Shown here piece after piece: positions 32,132 through 41,274 of a stretch of 64,000 bases of DNA. The translations under genes were made by a program, and so were the position numbers. Numbering within the stretch: position 1 is the first letter of the stretch; every line of letters starts with the position of its first letter. Source of the DNA: an uncultured delta proteobacterium (lineage in GTDB: Bacteria > Myxococcota_A > UBA9160 > UBA4427); the NCBI GenBank assembly GCA_963822965.1, contig CAWGJT010000015.1, positions 128,001-192,000 of the forward strand, in the 5' to 3' direction. The notes below the pieces were generated by a model. That model saw only the letters and a list, made by a program, of their open reading frames with translations, was not told where the DNA came from and searched no databases.

Positions 32132-33199
32132 TCAGCGTCCGGATCGGGACAGCTCCGGCGCCGCGCGCCCCGCCACCAGCGGCAGGTCGAGATAGGTGCG
32201 GATCCCCGGCTCGGCGCGCACCGCGTAGGGAATCGCGCTGACACAATGGTTCGCGGTGGCCACGATGCCCGGGTTGCGCACCAGCCCGGCCTCGATGGAC
32301 TCGGGGTGCCAGCCGTGGATCGACACGCGGCCCGGCGGATCGCCCTGCACCTCCACCTCGAAGCGCTCGCCCTCGGGCCCGAAGCTCCAGGCCGGGTCCA
32401 GGTGCTGCTCGCCCATGAACCAGTTGGTGCGCACGGTGACGACGGGCTCACCCCGCACCAGCCCCTCCCAGGTGAAGCGCTGGGCCGCGACCCGTCCGGG
32501 TGCGATGGGGCCGATGGGCGAGTCGATGGGACGGGTGGCCACCGACACCTCGTGGGTGCGCCGCTTCTGCGCGTCGAGCGCGAAGCCCAGAGTGTCGGCC
32601 ACCATGTCGATGGACTGCTCGAAGCCGGCGCCGAGCATCTGCAACATCGGGCTCTTCGCCGCCTCCTCCGGCGTCTTCCCGAAGAGCATGATCTCGCCCA
32701 CCACGAAGGGCGCGCCGTAGGTCCGGATGTCCGAGAACTCCTCGGCGCGCACGTGGGTGACGGCGCGCGAGAAGGCCGAGAGCACCAGCGGAATGCGCTC
32801 GGTGACGCCGCCGGGATGGATCCCGGTGCCGTGCAGGCTGACGCCGCCCTTCCGGCAGGCCGCTTCGAGGTCGGCGACGTCGCGATTGCCCGGGTAGAAC
32901 CAGTTCAGCGGCGTGACGACGTTCTTGCCCGCTTCGAGGATCCGCAGCACCACGTCCTTGTCGCCCATCACCGGCGAGTAGAGCACGCAGTCGGCCTCTC
33001 GGGCGAGGAGCGCGTCGGCATCCCGGGTGGCGGGCACGCCCAGGCGGCCGACACCGGCGATCTCGCCCGCGTCGCGCCCCTCCTTGTCGGCCCCGTGCAC
33101 CCACGCCCCCACGAGCTCGAGCTCGGGATGGGACACGATCGCCTGGATGGCCGCCCGCCCGACGCCGCCGGTCGCCCACTGGATCACCTTCATCTTCAC
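32132..33199 (-). CDS. NAD(P)H-dependent amine dehydrogenase / DapB-like oxidoreductase
   Basis: VIQWATGGVG, KEGRDAGE, GKNVV, HGTGIHPG, ATANHCVSAIP. Confidence 0.85.
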   Translation of the reverse strand: MKMKVIQWATGGVGRAAIQAIVSHPELELVGAWVHGADKEGRDAGEIAGVGRLGVPATRDADALLAREADCVLYSPVMGDKDVVLRILEAGKNVVTPLNWFYPGNRDVADLEAACRKGGVSLHGTGIHPGGVTERIPLVLSAFSRAVTHVRAEEFSDIRTYGAPFVVGEIMLFGKTPEEAAKSPMLQMLGAGFEQSIDMVADTLGFALDAQKRRTHEVSVATRPIDSPIGPIAPGRVAAQRFTWEGLVRGEPVVTVRTNWFMGEQHLDPAWSFGPEGERFEVEVQGDPPGRVSIHGWHPESIEAGLVRNPGIVATANHCVSAIPYAVRAEPGIRTYLDLPLVAGRAAPELSRSGR

Positions 33200-33262
33200 G
33201 TCTCGTCCCCTTCCCCGCTTCGAGGCCGCCGCAGAACGCCGATCCGCCTTATGCTAGCGGCC

Positions 33263-34084
33263 ATGCAGAAGATCGAAGGACGCGTGGCGGTGGTGACGGG
33301 GGCGGGCAGTGGCATCGGTCGCGCCACCGCGAAACGGCTGGGAGAGCGCGGCTGCCAGGTCGCGCTGGTCGACGTGGACGCGGACGCCCTGGCGGCGGCG
33401 GCCGACGAGCTCCGGGCTGCCGGACGGACCGTCTCGACCCATCGGGTGGACGTGGCGGACCGCCAGGCCATGTCGCGCCTGCCCGACGCCGTGGTGGCCG
33501 AGCACGGCCACGTGCACGTCGTCGTCAACAATGCGGGGGTGGCCCTGGGACAGACCCTCGAGGAGCTCTCCTGGGAGGACGTCGACTGGCTGGTGGGCGT
33601 CAACTTCTGGGGTGTCGTCCACGGCTGCAAGCTCTTCCTGCCCTACCTGCTGCGCGAGGAAGAGGGCCACATCGTGAACCTCTCCAGCATGTTCGGCTTC
33701 GCCGGGCTGCCCACGCAGGGCCCCTACTGCGCGACGAAGGCCGCCGTTCGCTCGCTCACGGAGACGCTGCACGGCGAGCTCAAGGGAACGCGCGTGGGGG
33801 TCACCAGCGTCCACCCGGGCGGCATCCGCACCAACATCGTGAAGAACGCGCGCTTCCACGACGAGAACCGGCGGGACAGCGCGGCGGACCTGTTCGCGCG
33901 CCGGGGCACGCCCCCCGAGGTCGTCGCCGATCGCATCCTGCGCGCCATCCTGCGCGACAAGCTACGCGTCGTGGTGTGTCCCGAGGCGCACGTCCTCGAC
34001 TGGATGAAGCGCGTGCTTCCGGTCGGCACCCAGCGTCTCGTTCGCCGTTTCTGGTCGGGCTACGATTCCACGCCGGGAGAGTGA
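33263..34084 (+). CDS. SDR family oxidoreductase
   Basis: TGAGSGIG, NNAG, YCATK. Confidence 0.93.
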   Translation: MQKIEGRVAVVTGAGSGIGRATAKRLGERGCQVALVDVDADALAAAADELRAAGRTVSTHRVDVADRQAMSRLPDAVVAEHGHVHVVVNNAGVALGQTLEELSWEDVDWLVGVNFWGVVHGCKLFLPYLLREEEGHIVNLSSMFGFAGLPTQGPYCATKAAVRSLTETLHGELKGTRVGVTSVHPGGIRTNIVKNARFHDENRRDSAADLFARRGTPPEVVADRILRAILRDKLRVVVCPEAHVLDWMKRVLPVGTQRLVRRFWSGYDSTPGE

Positions 34085-34089
34085 ACGGG

Positions 34090-34923
34090 ATGCCCGACGC
34101 TTCGGAGCCCGGCTCGTTCGCGCGCGCATTCGCCCTCGCGCCCGAGGGCGACGGAGTCTTCCGCTGCCAGCTCGACGGCTTCGGCGGCACCACCCTGGGC
34201 TGCGCAGCCCTGGCGGCCGGCCAGGACGTGTCGGACCTCTACCTGCACTCCCTGCACGCCTGCTTCGTGCGGCCGGTCGAGAGCGAGGGCGCCAGCCGGC
34301 TGCGGGTCGAGACCGTCTCCCAGGGGCGCCGCTTCGCGCGGCGTCGGGTGTCGATCGGAGCGGGGGGCCGCATCCACTTCGAGCTCATGGCGAGCTTCGC
34401 GGCGCGCCTCGACGGGCCGGAGCTCGGCGCGGACGAGCCCCTGCCGGCGGTCCCCGAGCCCGAGAGCCTGCCCAGCGAGCGCGAGGTGGCACGGACCGAA
34501 GGCTGGGACTGGCACGAAGACCTGGATCATCCCATCGAGCTGCGCTGGTGCGGCAGGCCCTGGGACGTCCCGGGCGGCGGCACCGCCTCGCGCTACTCGG
34601 CCTGGGTCCGGCCGTGCGTGCTTCCCGCCGAAGGCGCCGAACGAGCCGCGGGGATCGCCTTCCTGGCCGACTTCCACTCCCACTGGCCGGTGGCCCGCAA
34701 GCTCGGCGGTCCCTTCGAGCCCCAGGGCTTCACGAGCCTGGATCAATCCGTGTGGATTCACCGCGACGCGCCCTGGGACGACTGGTGGCTCCTGACGAGC
34801 TGGACTGCGGGCGCGCACGGCGGGCGCTCCCTGGGCCACCGCACCGTGCACGATCGCAAGGGTCGGCTCGTCGCGTCGATGGCCCAGGAGGCGCTGATTC
34901 CCGGCGCGCGCCCCCGCAGCTGA
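34090..34923 (+). CDS. Acyl-CoA thioesterase II (TesB-like double hotdog)
   Basis: FGG, HSLHACF, GRRFARR, SLDQSVWIH, GRLVASMAQE. Confidence 0.85.
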   Translation: MPDASEPGSFARAFALAPEGDGVFRCQLDGFGGTTLGCAALAAGQDVSDLYLHSLHACFVRPVESEGASRLRVETVSQGRRFARRRVSIGAGGRIHFELMASFAARLDGPELGADEPLPAVPEPESLPSEREVARTEGWDWHEDLDHPIELRWCGRPWDVPGGGTASRYSAWVRPCVLPAEGAERAAGIAFLADFHSHWPVARKLGGPFEPQGFTSLDQSVWIHRDAPWDDWWLLTSWTAGAHGGRSLGHRTVHDRKGRLVASMAQEALIPGARPRS

Positions 34924-34929
34924 TCGGGC

Positions 34930-34943
34930 GCGGCGGAATCGCG
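34930..34943. repeat. Partial copy of extragenic repeat (GCGGCGGAATCGCG)
   Basis: Identical to 50130-50143. Confidence 0.5.
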
Positions 34944-35097
34944 TTCAGAACCGCCGGACGCCCTCGCGGCGAGGCGCGGCGCGAGCCGATAAGATGGGCC
35001 CGTTTCCCTGCCTTCTCGAAGCCGACCCGCGACGCTTCACGCGTCGGGCGCACGGACTTCGAAGGCTCGAGCGAGGGCCGATGACCCGACGCAATCT

Positions 35098-35298
35098 CCA
35101 CGCCGGCAGGACGTGCACGACGCCTACGACCAGCGCGTGCAGGCGGCGCTCGCAGGCATGGTCTGGTTCCACCCGTCGATCCAGAGCAGCTGGTACCGCA
35201 ACCGCGCGGGACGGGTGACCGTCCTCTCCCCATGGCGACTCGTCGACTACTGGCAGTGGACGCAGGCGCCCGACCCGCAGGACTTCCATCTCTCCTGA
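35098..35298 (+). pseudogene. C-terminal remnant of a Baeyer-Villiger/flavin monooxygenase
   Basis: DVHDAYDQRVQAALAGMVW..SSWYRN..GRV..PW..DYW resembles the C-terminus of the intact BVMO at 41275-42774; the rest of the gene is absent. Confidence 0.75.
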
Positions 35299-35336
35299 GC
35301 CCGGAGCTCCGATCCGGCTGTCCGAGGAAGCGCTCC

Positions 35337-36383
35337 ATGCCCCCCGTCGAAACCCGGCTCGGCTTCTACACCCTGGCCGGTCAGCCCGAGAGCCCGCGCG
35401 ACCTGATCGAAGAGGTGCAGCAGGCCGAGGCTCTGGGTCTCGGCACGGCCTTCGTCTCCGAGCGCTACAACTCCAAGGAAGCCGCCACCCTGTGCGGCGC
35501 GGCGGGCGCCGTCAGCGAGCGCATCCGCATCGCCACCGCCGCGACGAACCACAACACGCGGCACGTGATGGTGACGGCCGGCTTCGCGCTCACCATGCAC
35601 GGGCTCACCGGCGGCCGCTTCGTGCTGGGCCTCGGGCGCGGCATCGAGGCCATGCAGCGCGCCTACGGCATCCCCCTCATCACCACCGCCCAGATGGAGG
35701 ACTTCGTGGGCCTGACGCGGCGCCTCTTGCGGGGCGAGGCGGTGATCGGCCACGACGGCCCCTGCGGCGCATACCCCTACCTGCAGCTCGGCCCGAACGT
35801 GGCCGACGAGGTGCCGATGCTGCTCGTGGCCTTCGGCCCGAACTCCCTGGCCCTGGGCGGCCGCTGCTTCGACGAGGTGGTGCTGCACACGTTCTTCACC
35901 GAGGAGACCACCGCCCGGGCCGTGCGCACCGTCAAGCAGGCCGCCGAGGCGGCCGGACGCGATCCCGCCGACGTCAAGGTGTGGTCGTGCTTCGCGACGA
36001 TCGGCGACCACATCCCCCCGGAGCGACGCCTCAAGAAGTCGGTCGGCCGCATGGCCACGTACCTGCAGGGCTACGGCGACCTGCTGGTGCGCACCAACGG
36101 CTGGGATCCGGCGGTGCTCGAGCGCTTCCGGGCCGACGAGATGGTGAGCCGCTTCCGCGGTGGCATCGACGTGCACGCCACCACCGCCGAGCTCGAGCAC
36201 CTGGCGACCCTGATCCCCGACGAGTGGCTCGCCCCCGCGGCGAAGGGCTCCCCCGAGAAGTGCGTCCGCGCCATCCGGGGCCAGCTCGACCTGGGCTGCG
36301 ACGGCGTGATCCTGCACGGCGCCACGCCGAAGGAGCTCGAGCCCATCCTCGCCGCCTGGCGCGGGCGCAAGGACGCGGCGTGA
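35337..36383 (+). CDS. LLM class (probable F420-dependent) oxidoreductase
   Basis: SERYNSKEA, TAATNHNTRH, GGRFVLGLGRG, DGVILHG. Confidence 0.88.
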   Translation: MPPVETRLGFYTLAGQPESPRDLIEEVQQAEALGLGTAFVSERYNSKEAATLCGAAGAVSERIRIATAATNHNTRHVMVTAGFALTMHGLTGGRFVLGLGRGIEAMQRAYGIPLITTAQMEDFVGLTRRLLRGEAVIGHDGPCGAYPYLQLGPNVADEVPMLLVAFGPNSLALGGRCFDEVVLHTFFTEETTARAVRTVKQAAEAAGRDPADVKVWSCFATIGDHIPPERRLKKSVGRMATYLQGYGDLLVRTNGWDPAVLERFRADEMVSRFRGGIDVHATTAELEHLATLIPDEWLAPAAKGSPEKCVRAIRGQLDLGCDGVILHGATPKELEPILAAWRGRKDAA

Positions 36384-37450
36384 CGGCCGCGGCGATTCCC
36401 GGGAGCCCCGAGGACATCTCACCCGCCGTCGTGAGCCGGGCCCTCGCCGCGCGCTTCCCCGGCGCCGAGGCGACCGCGGTCGAGGTGATCGACGCGCACA
36501 GCGGTACCACTGGTCGCGCACGGCTGCGTGTGCGCTGGAAGCAGGACGTCGGCGCCCCCGGAGCGATCTTCGCGAAGCTCGCGCCGACCGACCCGATCCA
36601 GCGCGAGATGGTGATCTCGACGGGCATGGGCCGGCGCGAGGCCTGCTTCTACGCCCGGCTGGCGTCCGAGATGCCCGTGCGCGTGGCCGCCCCCTACCAC
36701 GCCGCCTGGAACGACGACGGCACCGCCTACCTGATGCTGATCGAAGACCTGGCCGCGAGCGGGTGTACCTTCCCCACCTGGAAGGACGAGGGAATGCTCG
36801 ATCACGCACGCGCGACGATGGACACCCTCGCGCGGCTCCACGCCGGCTTCTGGGAGAGCCCGCGCTTCGAGACCGATCTCTCGTGGATCGAGCCGCCCAT
36901 GCGGCACGCCGTGGGACCGCTGCTCGTGCGCTCGGCGGTGGAGCAGTTCGGCGCCGACATGCCCGCCCCGTTCCACGACCTCGCGACCCTCTACCTCGAC
37001 CACACCGAGGCGCTGAACGACCGGCTCGACCGCGGGCCGCAGACGCTGATCCACGGTGACTCGCACCTGGGCAACCTCTTCCGCGATGGCCCGCGGATGG
37101 GCATGCTCGACTGGGCATGCACCGCGCGGGCGCCGGGCCTGCGGGACGTGGCCTACTTCCTGTGCAACTCGATCCCCAGCGAGCTGCGACGGGCCGAGGA
37201 GACGGACCTGCTGCGGCGCTATCTCGAAGGTCTCGCCGCCGGGGGCGCTCCCGCGGCGGACTTCGACCTGGCGTTCCGCCAGTACCGCCGCTTCGCCGTC
37301 TGCTCGTGGATCGCGGCCACGGCGACCGCCGCCGCCGGCAGCCGCATGCAGGCGCTCGAGATCGGCATGCGCAGCATGCAGCGCTCCACCGAGGCCATCG
37401 TCGACCTCGACACCCCGGCGCTGCTGCGCGAAGAGCTCGGCCTCTCGTGA
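36380..37450 (+). CDS. Aminoglycoside/ecdysteroid kinase-like phosphotransferase
   Basis: REACFY, LIEDL, TLIHGDSHLGNL, LDW, DVAYF; GTGA overlap with upstream gene. Confidence 0.88.
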   Translation: MTAAAIPGSPEDISPAVVSRALAARFPGAEATAVEVIDAHSGTTGRARLRVRWKQDVGAPGAIFAKLAPTDPIQREMVISTGMGRREACFYARLASEMPVRVAAPYHAAWNDDGTAYLMLIEDLAASGCTFPTWKDEGMLDHARATMDTLARLHAGFWESPRFETDLSWIEPPMRHAVGPLLVRSAVEQFGADMPAPFHDLATLYLDHTEALNDRLDRGPQTLIHGDSHLGNLFRDGPRMGMLDWACTARAPGLRDVAYFLCNSIPSELRRAEETDLLRRYLEGLAAGGAPAADFDLAFRQYRRFAVCSWIAATATAAAGSRMQALEIGMRSMQRSTEAIVDLDTPALLREELGLS

Positions 37451-37479
37451 GCGAAGCGGGAGAGCCTGCGGGAGGAGCC

Positions 37480-38622
37480 ATGGGGGACGCGACGGACGAC
37501 GCCCGGCGGGCCGGGGAACGGGTGCAGGACGGGAGCGCGTGGCGCGACTTCTGTCGAGCGCTCGAGCGCGCGGGCGACGCGATCCTGCAGCCGGGCACCC
37601 CCGACGACGCCTTCCACCGCGCCGAGGGCCTGCGCTACCTGACCCGCCTGCTGCGCGCGGGGCTCGACAGCCACGTGGAGTCCGCCGACCCGCGCTACCC
37701 GCGCTTCTACCAGCTGGCGAACGAGACCATCAAGATCGGAAACGACAACCCGGACAACGTCTACCACAACGCCAACGTCGACGGCGCCCTCGCCTACCGC
37801 ATCCGGGGCCGGCGCGGCACGGTCCCGTACCTGAGCTTCATCACCTACGGCGGCGGCTACGAGGCCGACGGAACCATGATTCCCACCGGTCAGCTCGACG
37901 GCGAGGACCTGGCCTGTGACGCCGACGGCCGCTTCGAGATCCGCGTGAGCCGCGAGCGCGCGCCCGGGAACTGGCTGCCCATGCAGCCCCACACCCGCAC
38001 CATGGTGGTGCGGCAGACCTTTCGCGACCGGGACGCGGAAGAGCCCGCCCGCTACACCATCGAGTGCCTCGACCCGGATGCGTCCGACACCCTCCGCGTC
38101 GATGCCATCGAGCCCGCCCTGCGGAAGGCGGTCGCCTTCGTCGAGGGCACGGCAAACCTCTTCGTCGACTGGATGCGGCGCTTCGAGCCCCACACCAACG
38201 CGCTCCCGCCCAACGACCAGCAGATGTGCCAGCGGGCCGGCGGCGACGCGAACATCCACTACCACAACAGCCGCTGGCGACTCGCGCCGGACGAGGCGCT
38301 GCTCGTGGAGGTGAGGCCGCCCGAGTGCGCCACCTGGAACCTGCAGATCGGAAACTTCTGGATGGAGTCCCTGGACTACCGTCACCACCGCATCCACGTC
38401 AACAAGTTCACCGCAAGCTACGAGGAGGACGGCTCCGTGCGCATCGTGCTCGCCCACCGCGATCCGGGCCCGGCCTGGCCCAACTGGCTCGAGACCTGCG
38501 ATCACGACCAGGGCGCCATGCTCTTCCGCTACGTGGGCGCTCGCGAGCATCCGCCCATCGCCACCCGCGTGGTCCCCTTCGGCGAGCTGGAGTCGCTTTC
38601 GAGCGCAGGAGGCGCGCGATGA
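37480..38622 (+). CDS. DUF1214-like domain protein
   Basis: GGAGG SD; AEGLRYLTR, DNPDNVY, NFWMESLDY, DPG..NWLET. Confidence 0.8.
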   Translation: MGDATDDARRAGERVQDGSAWRDFCRALERAGDAILQPGTPDDAFHRAEGLRYLTRLLRAGLDSHVESADPRYPRFYQLANETIKIGNDNPDNVYHNANVDGALAYRIRGRRGTVPYLSFITYGGGYEADGTMIPTGQLDGEDLACDADGRFEIRVSRERAPGNWLPMQPHTRTMVVRQTFRDRDAEEPARYTIECLDPDASDTLRVDAIEPALRKAVAFVEGTANLFVDWMRRFEPHTNALPPNDQQMCQRAGGDANIHYHNSRWRLAPDEALLVEVRPPECATWNLQIGNFWMESLDYRHHRIHVNKFTASYEEDGSVRIVLAHRDPGPAWPNWLETCDHDQGAMLFRYVGAREHPPIATRVVPFGELESLSSAGGAR

Positions 38623-39440
38623 GCCGGCTTCGCGGGAAGATCGCGGTGGTGACCGGCGCGAGCCGGGGCATCGGCAAGGGCATCGCGCGGGCCCTGGGCG
38701 AGCACGGCTGCACGGTCTACGTGACGGGCCGCACCTCGGGCTCCGGAGAACGCACCGTCGAGGAGACGGCACGACTGGTGAACGAGGCGGGCGGCGCGGG
38801 ACGCCCCGTGCGCTGCGACCACGGCGACGACGACCAGATCGCCGCGCTCTTCGCGCGCGTGACCGCAGAGGCCGGCCACCTCGACCTGCTCGTCAACAAC
38901 GTCTACAAGATCCCCGATCCGCCCGCCTGGGGCGGCGGCTTCTGGGATCACCCGATCCAGATCTGGGACGACCAGGTGGGCATCGGGCTGCGCGCCCACT
39001 ACGTGGCGAGCTGGCACGCGGCGCCACTCCTCTTCGCCGCCGCACCGGGCGCGGCCATCCTCAACGTCTCGTCGCCCGGCGGCGAGAGCTACCACTTCTC
39101 GAGCTCCTACGGCGCGGGCAAGGCCGGCCTCGATCGTCTCACCGCGGACATGGCCATCGAGCTGCGACCGAAGGGCGTGGCGGCGGTGGTCCTCTGTCCC
39201 GGGCTCGTCGCGACCGAGTTCATCACCGACACCGCGGCCCGGACGGGCATGGATCTGTCGACCGCCCAGACGCCCCTCTTCGTGGGCCGCGCGGCCGCCG
39301 CGCTGCTCGCGGCCGACGACCTGATGGATCGCTCGGGCACGATCCAGTGGGTGGAGGACCTGGCCGCCGAGTTCGACGTCACCGACGAGAACGGAGCCCG
39401 CCCGCCGGGCTACCCGCGCCGCCTGCGGCCACCGGCCTGA
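38619..39440 (+). CDS. SDR family oxidoreductase (DHRS1-like)
   Basis: TGASRGIG, VYVTGR, CDH, YGAGK. Confidence 0.92.
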   Translation: MSRLRGKIAVVTGASRGIGKGIARALGEHGCTVYVTGRTSGSGERTVEETARLVNEAGGAGRPVRCDHGDDDQIAALFARVTAEAGHLDLLVNNVYKIPDPPAWGGGFWDHPIQIWDDQVGIGLRAHYVASWHAAPLLFAAAPGAAILNVSSPGGESYHFSSSYGAGKAGLDRLTADMAIELRPKGVAAVVLCPGLVATEFITDTAARTGMDLSTAQTPLFVGRAAAALLAADDLMDRSGTIQWVEDLAAEFDVTDENGARPPGYPRRLRPPA

Positions 39441-39454
39441 GCGCGAGGGACGCG

Positions 39455-39910
39455 ATGACCCCCGAAGACCTGGTCGAGATCGAGCGCATCCGCCAGCTGA
39501 AGGCGCGCTACTTCCACCTGATGGACCAGAAGCGCTGGGACGAGTGGAGCCAGGTCTTCTGCGAGGACGTGCGCGTGGACACCACCCAGGAAGGCTCGCC
39601 CCTGGTGCAGGGACGCGAGGCGTTCCGCGCCTTCCTCGAGCCCATCCTGGCGGGCGTCAAGACCGTCCATCACGGGCACCTGTCGGAGATCGAGCTCACG
39701 GGGCCGCAGCACGCCCGGGGCACCTGGTCGATGGAGGACCACCTGTGGTGGCCCGCCGACCAGGGCGGACGACACCTGTGGGGGACGGGCTTCTACTTCG
39801 AGCGCTACCGCAAGGACCCCGACGGCGAGTGGCGCATCCTCGAGCTCGTCCTGCGGCGCATCCGCACCGAGGTGGACGGCGTGCAGCTCTTCCCGCCCGA
39901 AGGCGGCTGA
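39455..39910 (+). CDS. SnoaL-like/NTF2 protein (BaiE/scytalone dehydratase-like)
   Basis: I.QLKARYF..MD.K.W, TVHHGH..EI, GTW.MED, G.Y.E.Y. Confidence 0.85.
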   Translation: MTPEDLVEIERIRQLKARYFHLMDQKRWDEWSQVFCEDVRVDTTQEGSPLVQGREAFRAFLEPILAGVKTVHHGHLSEIELTGPQHARGTWSMEDHLWWPADQGGRHLWGTGFYFERYRKDPDGEWRILELVLRRIRTEVDGVQLFPPEGG

Positions 39911-39958
39911 GGCGCTACCCTGGGCCGGCACGTTCGCTGCCACCCGGGGGGCCGATCC

Positions 39959-40756
39959 ATGGCCGACATCACGGTGCGTCCCGTCCGCTTCACCTTCGAC
40001 AGGCCCATCGACTTCGACGTGCCCGATCCCGAGCTGCGGATGATGCTCGGCTCCCTCGCCCTCTCGCTCACCATGCCGCACCTCGAGCCCTACCTCATCC
40101 GCACCATGAAGGTGGCCGGCAAGCACATCACCGACCCGGTGCTCGCCGAGGACGCGAGACGCTTCTCCCAGCAGGAGGGGCACCACTTCCGCAACCACGC
40201 GGACTTCAACGAACGCATCCGCGGGAGCTTCGACGGCGACACGGCGGCCTGCCTGCTCGGGATCGAGGCGGACCTCGAAGCGGACTACCAGCGCTTCACC
40301 CGGGAGAAGAGCCTTCGCTTCAACCTGGCCTACGCCGAGGGCTTCGAGGCGATGACCTGCGCGTTCGCGCTGGCCAGCGCCGAGTACGGAACCTTCGAAG
40401 GCACGTCGCTCCCAGGGGGTGAGATCTGGGCCTGGCACATGGCCGAGGAGATCGAGCACCGCACGGTGGCCTTCGGGGTCTTCGAGCATCTCGTGGGGAG
40501 CTACCCGTACCGGGTGGTCCTCGGCGCCTGGGCCCAGTGGCACTACCTGTCCTGCATCGGTCGCCTGGCCGGGCGCATGGCGACGGCGCTCGGCCGCAAG
40601 CCGCGGGCGGAACGCAACGCCATGCAGCGCGCCACCCTGCGCGGCTGGCTGCGGACGTTCAGCCCGTGGTACCACCCGGCGAAGATCCGGGTGCCCGCCG
40701 GGGTGGACGCGCTGCTCGCGCGCTACTCGACGCTGGCCGGATCGGCGGGCGCCTGA
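39959..40756 (+). CDS. Predicted metal-dependent hydrolase (ferritin-like ExxH motifs)
   Basis: QEGHHFRNH, YAEGFE, WHMAEEIEHRTVAF. Confidence 0.85.
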   Translation: MADITVRPVRFTFDRPIDFDVPDPELRMMLGSLALSLTMPHLEPYLIRTMKVAGKHITDPVLAEDARRFSQQEGHHFRNHADFNERIRGSFDGDTAACLLGIEADLEADYQRFTREKSLRFNLAYAEGFEAMTCAFALASAEYGTFEGTSLPGGEIWAWHMAEEIEHRTVAFGVFEHLVGSYPYRVVLGAWAQWHYLSCIGRLAGRMATALGRKPRAERNAMQRATLRGWLRTFSPWYHPAKIRVPAGVDALLARYSTLAGSAGA

Positions 40757-40811
40757 AGCCACGAAGGCGAGCCGCGAACGCGAATCCCAGAAGCGAGACG
40801 GAGCCCCGGAG

Positions 40812-41246
40812 ATGAGCAACGAGCCCCACGTGATCGAGCGCTGGCACCGGATCGTGCGCGAGCGCGACTTCGGCGCCCTGGACGACCTGCTGGCGGAGGA
40901 CGCGGTCTTCCACTCCCCCGTCGTCCACACCCCCCAGCGGGGCAAGGCGCTCGTGAAGCTCTACCTGTCGGCTGCCTTCGGCGTCTTCGGCGGCGGGCCG
41001 AGCGCGGGCGCGGGCGGTGCCTCGCCCAGCAAGTTCCACTACGTGCGCGAGATCGTCGGCGACCGCGACGCCGCGCTGGAGTTCGTGACCGAGATGGATG
41101 GCATCGTCGTGAACGGCATCGACCTGATCCGTTGGAACGACGCCGGCCGCATCGTCGATTTCAAGGTGATGATCCGTCCCCTCAAGGCGATCAACAAGAT
41201 CCACCAGCTGATGGCTCGCATGCTCGAGCAGATGAAGCCGGCGTGA
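40812..41246 (+). CDS. SnoaL-like/NTF2 protein
   Basis: LLAEDAVFHSPVV, LEF, NGIDLI, FKVMIRPLKA. Confidence 0.88.
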   Translation: MSNEPHVIERWHRIVRERDFGALDDLLAEDAVFHSPVVHTPQRGKALVKLYLSAAFGVFGGGPSAGAGGASPSKFHYVREIVGDRDAALEFVTEMDGIVVNGIDLIRWNDAGRIVDFKVMIRPLKAINKIHQLMARMLEQMKPA

Positions 41247-41274
41247 GGGCCGGCACGACCAGGAGAGTCCTTTC

